Origin: Octopus bimaculoides
Taxonomy: Eukaryota
Reading direction: 5' to 3'
Length of the DNA stretch: 64,000 nucleotides
Assembly (NCBI RefSeq): GCF_001194135.2
Contig: NC_068983.1
Span: 3,259,754 to 3,323,753 of the forward strand
Shown here: positions 61,586 through 64,000 of the stretch, one piece after another
Position numbering within the stretch: position 1 is the first letter of the stretch
Layout: each line of letters opens with the position of its first letter
The notes under the pieces: model-generated
Told to the model about the DNA's origin: nothing
The model's database searches: none
Seen by the model: the letters and a program-made list of their open reading frames with translations, nothing else
Translations under genes and position numbers: made by a program

Positions 61586-62401
61586 NNNNNNNNNNNNNNN
61601 NNNNNNNNNNNNNNNNNNNNNNNNNNNNNNNNNNNNNNNNNNNNNNNNNNNNNNNNNNNNNNNNNNNNNNNNNNNNNNNNNNNNNNNNNNNNNNNNNNNN
61701 NNNNNNNNNNNNNNNNNNNNNNNNNNNNNNNNNNNNNNNNNNNNNNNNNNNNNNNNNNNNNNNNNNNNCAATAACATTATCTTTAGATTCCAATTATAGC
61801 AGAGACTATTATAAAATAACTAATGCTGTCAGGAAACTAAAATAAGGAACCGCATGTCGACATTCAGAACAACAGCTAAACGCCGCCCCTCTCTACCACC
61901 GCCGCCGCCGCCACCTCCCAAACACATTCCTCTCAACATAGAAATAACCCCCGCTCCCATACACATTCCCTCTTTATATCGACAGGGTTTCTACATAACG
62001 CTTTCTCCTCCTTTTCTTCGCCCCCCCCCCACCACAATACAATTCTATTGAACCAGACATAAATACTCGGCCAAAGAATGGTCGCTCACTTCAATGAATC
62101 AACATGTGCTGCTACTGTGAACTCAAACCGTTTCCTTGGCATCGTTCCTTTCCACCTCATTCCTGCTCTCCTTCTACAATTCTTCGCCGTCATTTCCCTG
62201 TTCGTCCCTTCCCTCCTTAAACTATATCTCCTCCCCTCTGCTCTCTCCTCTCCCCTTAAACTGCCACCCCACTTTCACTTTCATCAAGCACTTTTATATA
62301 CGTGCGTACCGTACATATTCACATATTTCCGTTTTCCGAGGCATTTATTTATCTGGCAATGTGAATACATTTGTATGTGTGTGTGTGTGTAATTCTTGAT
62401 T

Positions 62402-62625
62402 TTTTTATTGCCCACGGGCGGGGGGTGGGGCTAAAACATAGAGAGGACAAACAAGGACAGACAAAGGAATTTGGTCGATTACATCGATCTCCAGTGCGTA
62501 ACTAGTACTTAATTAATCGACCCCTGAAAGGATGAAAGGCGAAGTCGACCTCGGTGGAAACGTAACGGCAGGCGAAACATAGCTAAGCATTTTGCTCGGC
62601 GTGCTAACGTTTCTGCCAGCTCGCC
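62402..62625 (-). mobile_element. SINE family B subfamily (same tail as 20147)
   Basis: GGTGAAAGG-like core GAAAGGATGAAAGGCGAAGTCGACCTCGG; tail shared with 20147-20376. Confidence 0.9.
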
Positions 62626-62648
62626 CTTGTGTAAAGTTTGTAAATGTA

Positions 62649-63216
62649 CAGAATGTTCAAAAAGTCTCTCCGCAATAAGTATTTTATAGTCAAATAAATA
62701 TTTATAAGATGGTATAAGACCACAAAAGAATATATTAGACTTTACAAGACTTTAAAACAAGAGGTGGTGAAAATGTTCTCCTTCATTTTCAATACATAAA
62801 ATTTATTTTCTTTTTTACTGCCGTGTGAGCACTTCCTTGGCTGATTTCCGTTTCCTGGAACTTTGACGGGTTTGCCAACAGTTTATCAGAAATATTGGAG
62901 AGTGTTTCGTCTGAAAGAACAGTAGTTCTACCGATTCTTGCTGCGTCTTCCACTGAGCCTGTGTTTCTAAGTTTTCTTATCAAATCCCGCACAGTGTCAC
63001 GATGTGGAACAACAGTATTTGGAAAAGTTTCACTGAACTTCTGTTTCACAGCATCTGTGTATTTGTTTCCAGCTCGAAACACCCATTCAACTTAGCATGT
63101 CGACACGCTGAAATGGTGCACAATGACTGACACCCGGCCGCCCATGCAGTGATAGCAAAGTTGCGCGTGCGCAGGAGGAAAAAGATTCACTGCGGAGTGA
63201 CTTTTTGAACACCCTG
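62649..63216 (-). mobile_element. 568-bp Tc1/mariner internal-deletion derivative retaining the N-terminal HTH
   Basis: TA-flanked TIRs CAG(A/G)(A/G)TGTTCAAAAAGTC; ORF ..VKQKFSETFPNTVVPHRDTVRDLIRKLRNTGSVEDAARIGR.. is typical of maT/mariner HTH regions; no DDD domain. Confidence 0.9.
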
Positions 63217-64000
63217 TATTTGTATATGTTTATATAGTTTATATATGCACATGTGTATACTCTCACACGCACGCATGCACACACACACACACGTACACAG
63301 AAAACTTCAGCACGTTTGATTCGCCTGCCATCACTGAAAGATGTTGAAAACACTTCTCAAATTCTGTGCAATATTTTGTATAAGTATTTCATTTTTATAA
63401 TCATGATTATTATTTGAATAATCATTTAGTCATATGCAAATCTTACTCATATACGTTTGGCTTAGACATCGATCAAATCTACTTTTAACTGTCATCTATT
63501 TAGGCTTCTAATCCTCTTTTAGTCAAACACTTACAAAGCTTAATTCAGTTCAATTAAAAAGCTTGGGTAATCAACGCATTGTAAACCACAGTATAATCTT
63601 GGAGAAAATCTTCGCCCAGGGTATGCATCGCCTATCTGATGCCTTTTTCTTTTCATTGTTGTTGTTCTCGTCCTAGGTTTGCTTCTGTCTAATGTTGAAT
63701 AATAGTAAGGGCATCTGTATCAGAATGTAATCTAGTCATACGGTGCGAGTTCGGTTTATGTAGGGGCTGTTATGATACAGGGTCCGTAACCTTTCGCAAT
63801 TTTTAAACTTGATTCTAAAATCATTTGGGTAACGTTGCTGGCATATTCCCCACCTTAAAAAATGATTGTAAATTATATGAATTATGAAATAGGTGCTCCA
63901 GCTGAGGCCATTGTTGACAATTATTCTGAAGTCTGGTTCCATTGAAGGAAGAAAATATGATTGTTTTAGGTACATCTTTTCCAAACAGGACAGGCTCATT

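Larger units (their letters stand above)
2091..61768. other. assembly gaps (N-runs)
   Basis: 2091-2408, 3105-3508, 11168-11947, 23299-23319, 24703-24783, 28962-29675, 42962-43249, 46080-46089, 59005-59428, 61586-61768; most adjoin microsatellites. Confidence 1.

Noticed and set aside
1-64000. CRISPR arrays, operons, rRNA or other prokaryotic systems
   Set aside because: No regularly spaced repeat-spacer arrays, rRNA motifs or dense ORFs; the sequence is clearly repeat-rich eukaryotic DNA.

Overview
AT-rich, repeat-dense metazoan genomic DNA from a gapped scaffold assembly with 10 N-runs, most of them next to microsatellites. The SINE families, (TA)n/(CA)n tracts and TTAGGG motifs point to a coleoid cephalopod, most likely Octopus; this is inferred from repeat content, not from a database match. 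No prokaryotic features or CRISPR arrays were seen. Almost every long ORF in the supplied track is an artefact of N-runs, microsatellites or decayed transposons. The window is mostly: about 45 tRNA-derived SINE copies in several modular families; decayed CR1- and RTE-type LINE fragments; two Tc1/mariner relics; and at least 8 MITEs or fold-back elements, several with intact target-site duplications (TSDs). The only host-gene signal with reasonable support is a putative first coding exon encoding a signal peptide (5297/5354-5454, +), so the rest may be one or more large introns. The most unusual observations are: (1) a TSD-flanked 291-bp element joining a Pol III tRNA-like head to a Penelope-type minimal hammerhead ribozyme (23947-24237); (2) three more hammerhead-like motifs, two of which share the same double core variant; (3) a Merlin-like MITE built from head-to-head TTAGGG/CCCTAA repeats; (4) several inverted SINE pairs and hairpins that could form dsRNA. 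SINE coordinates are approximate (about +/-10-20 bp). TSD, TIR and ribozyme coordinates were counted by hand.
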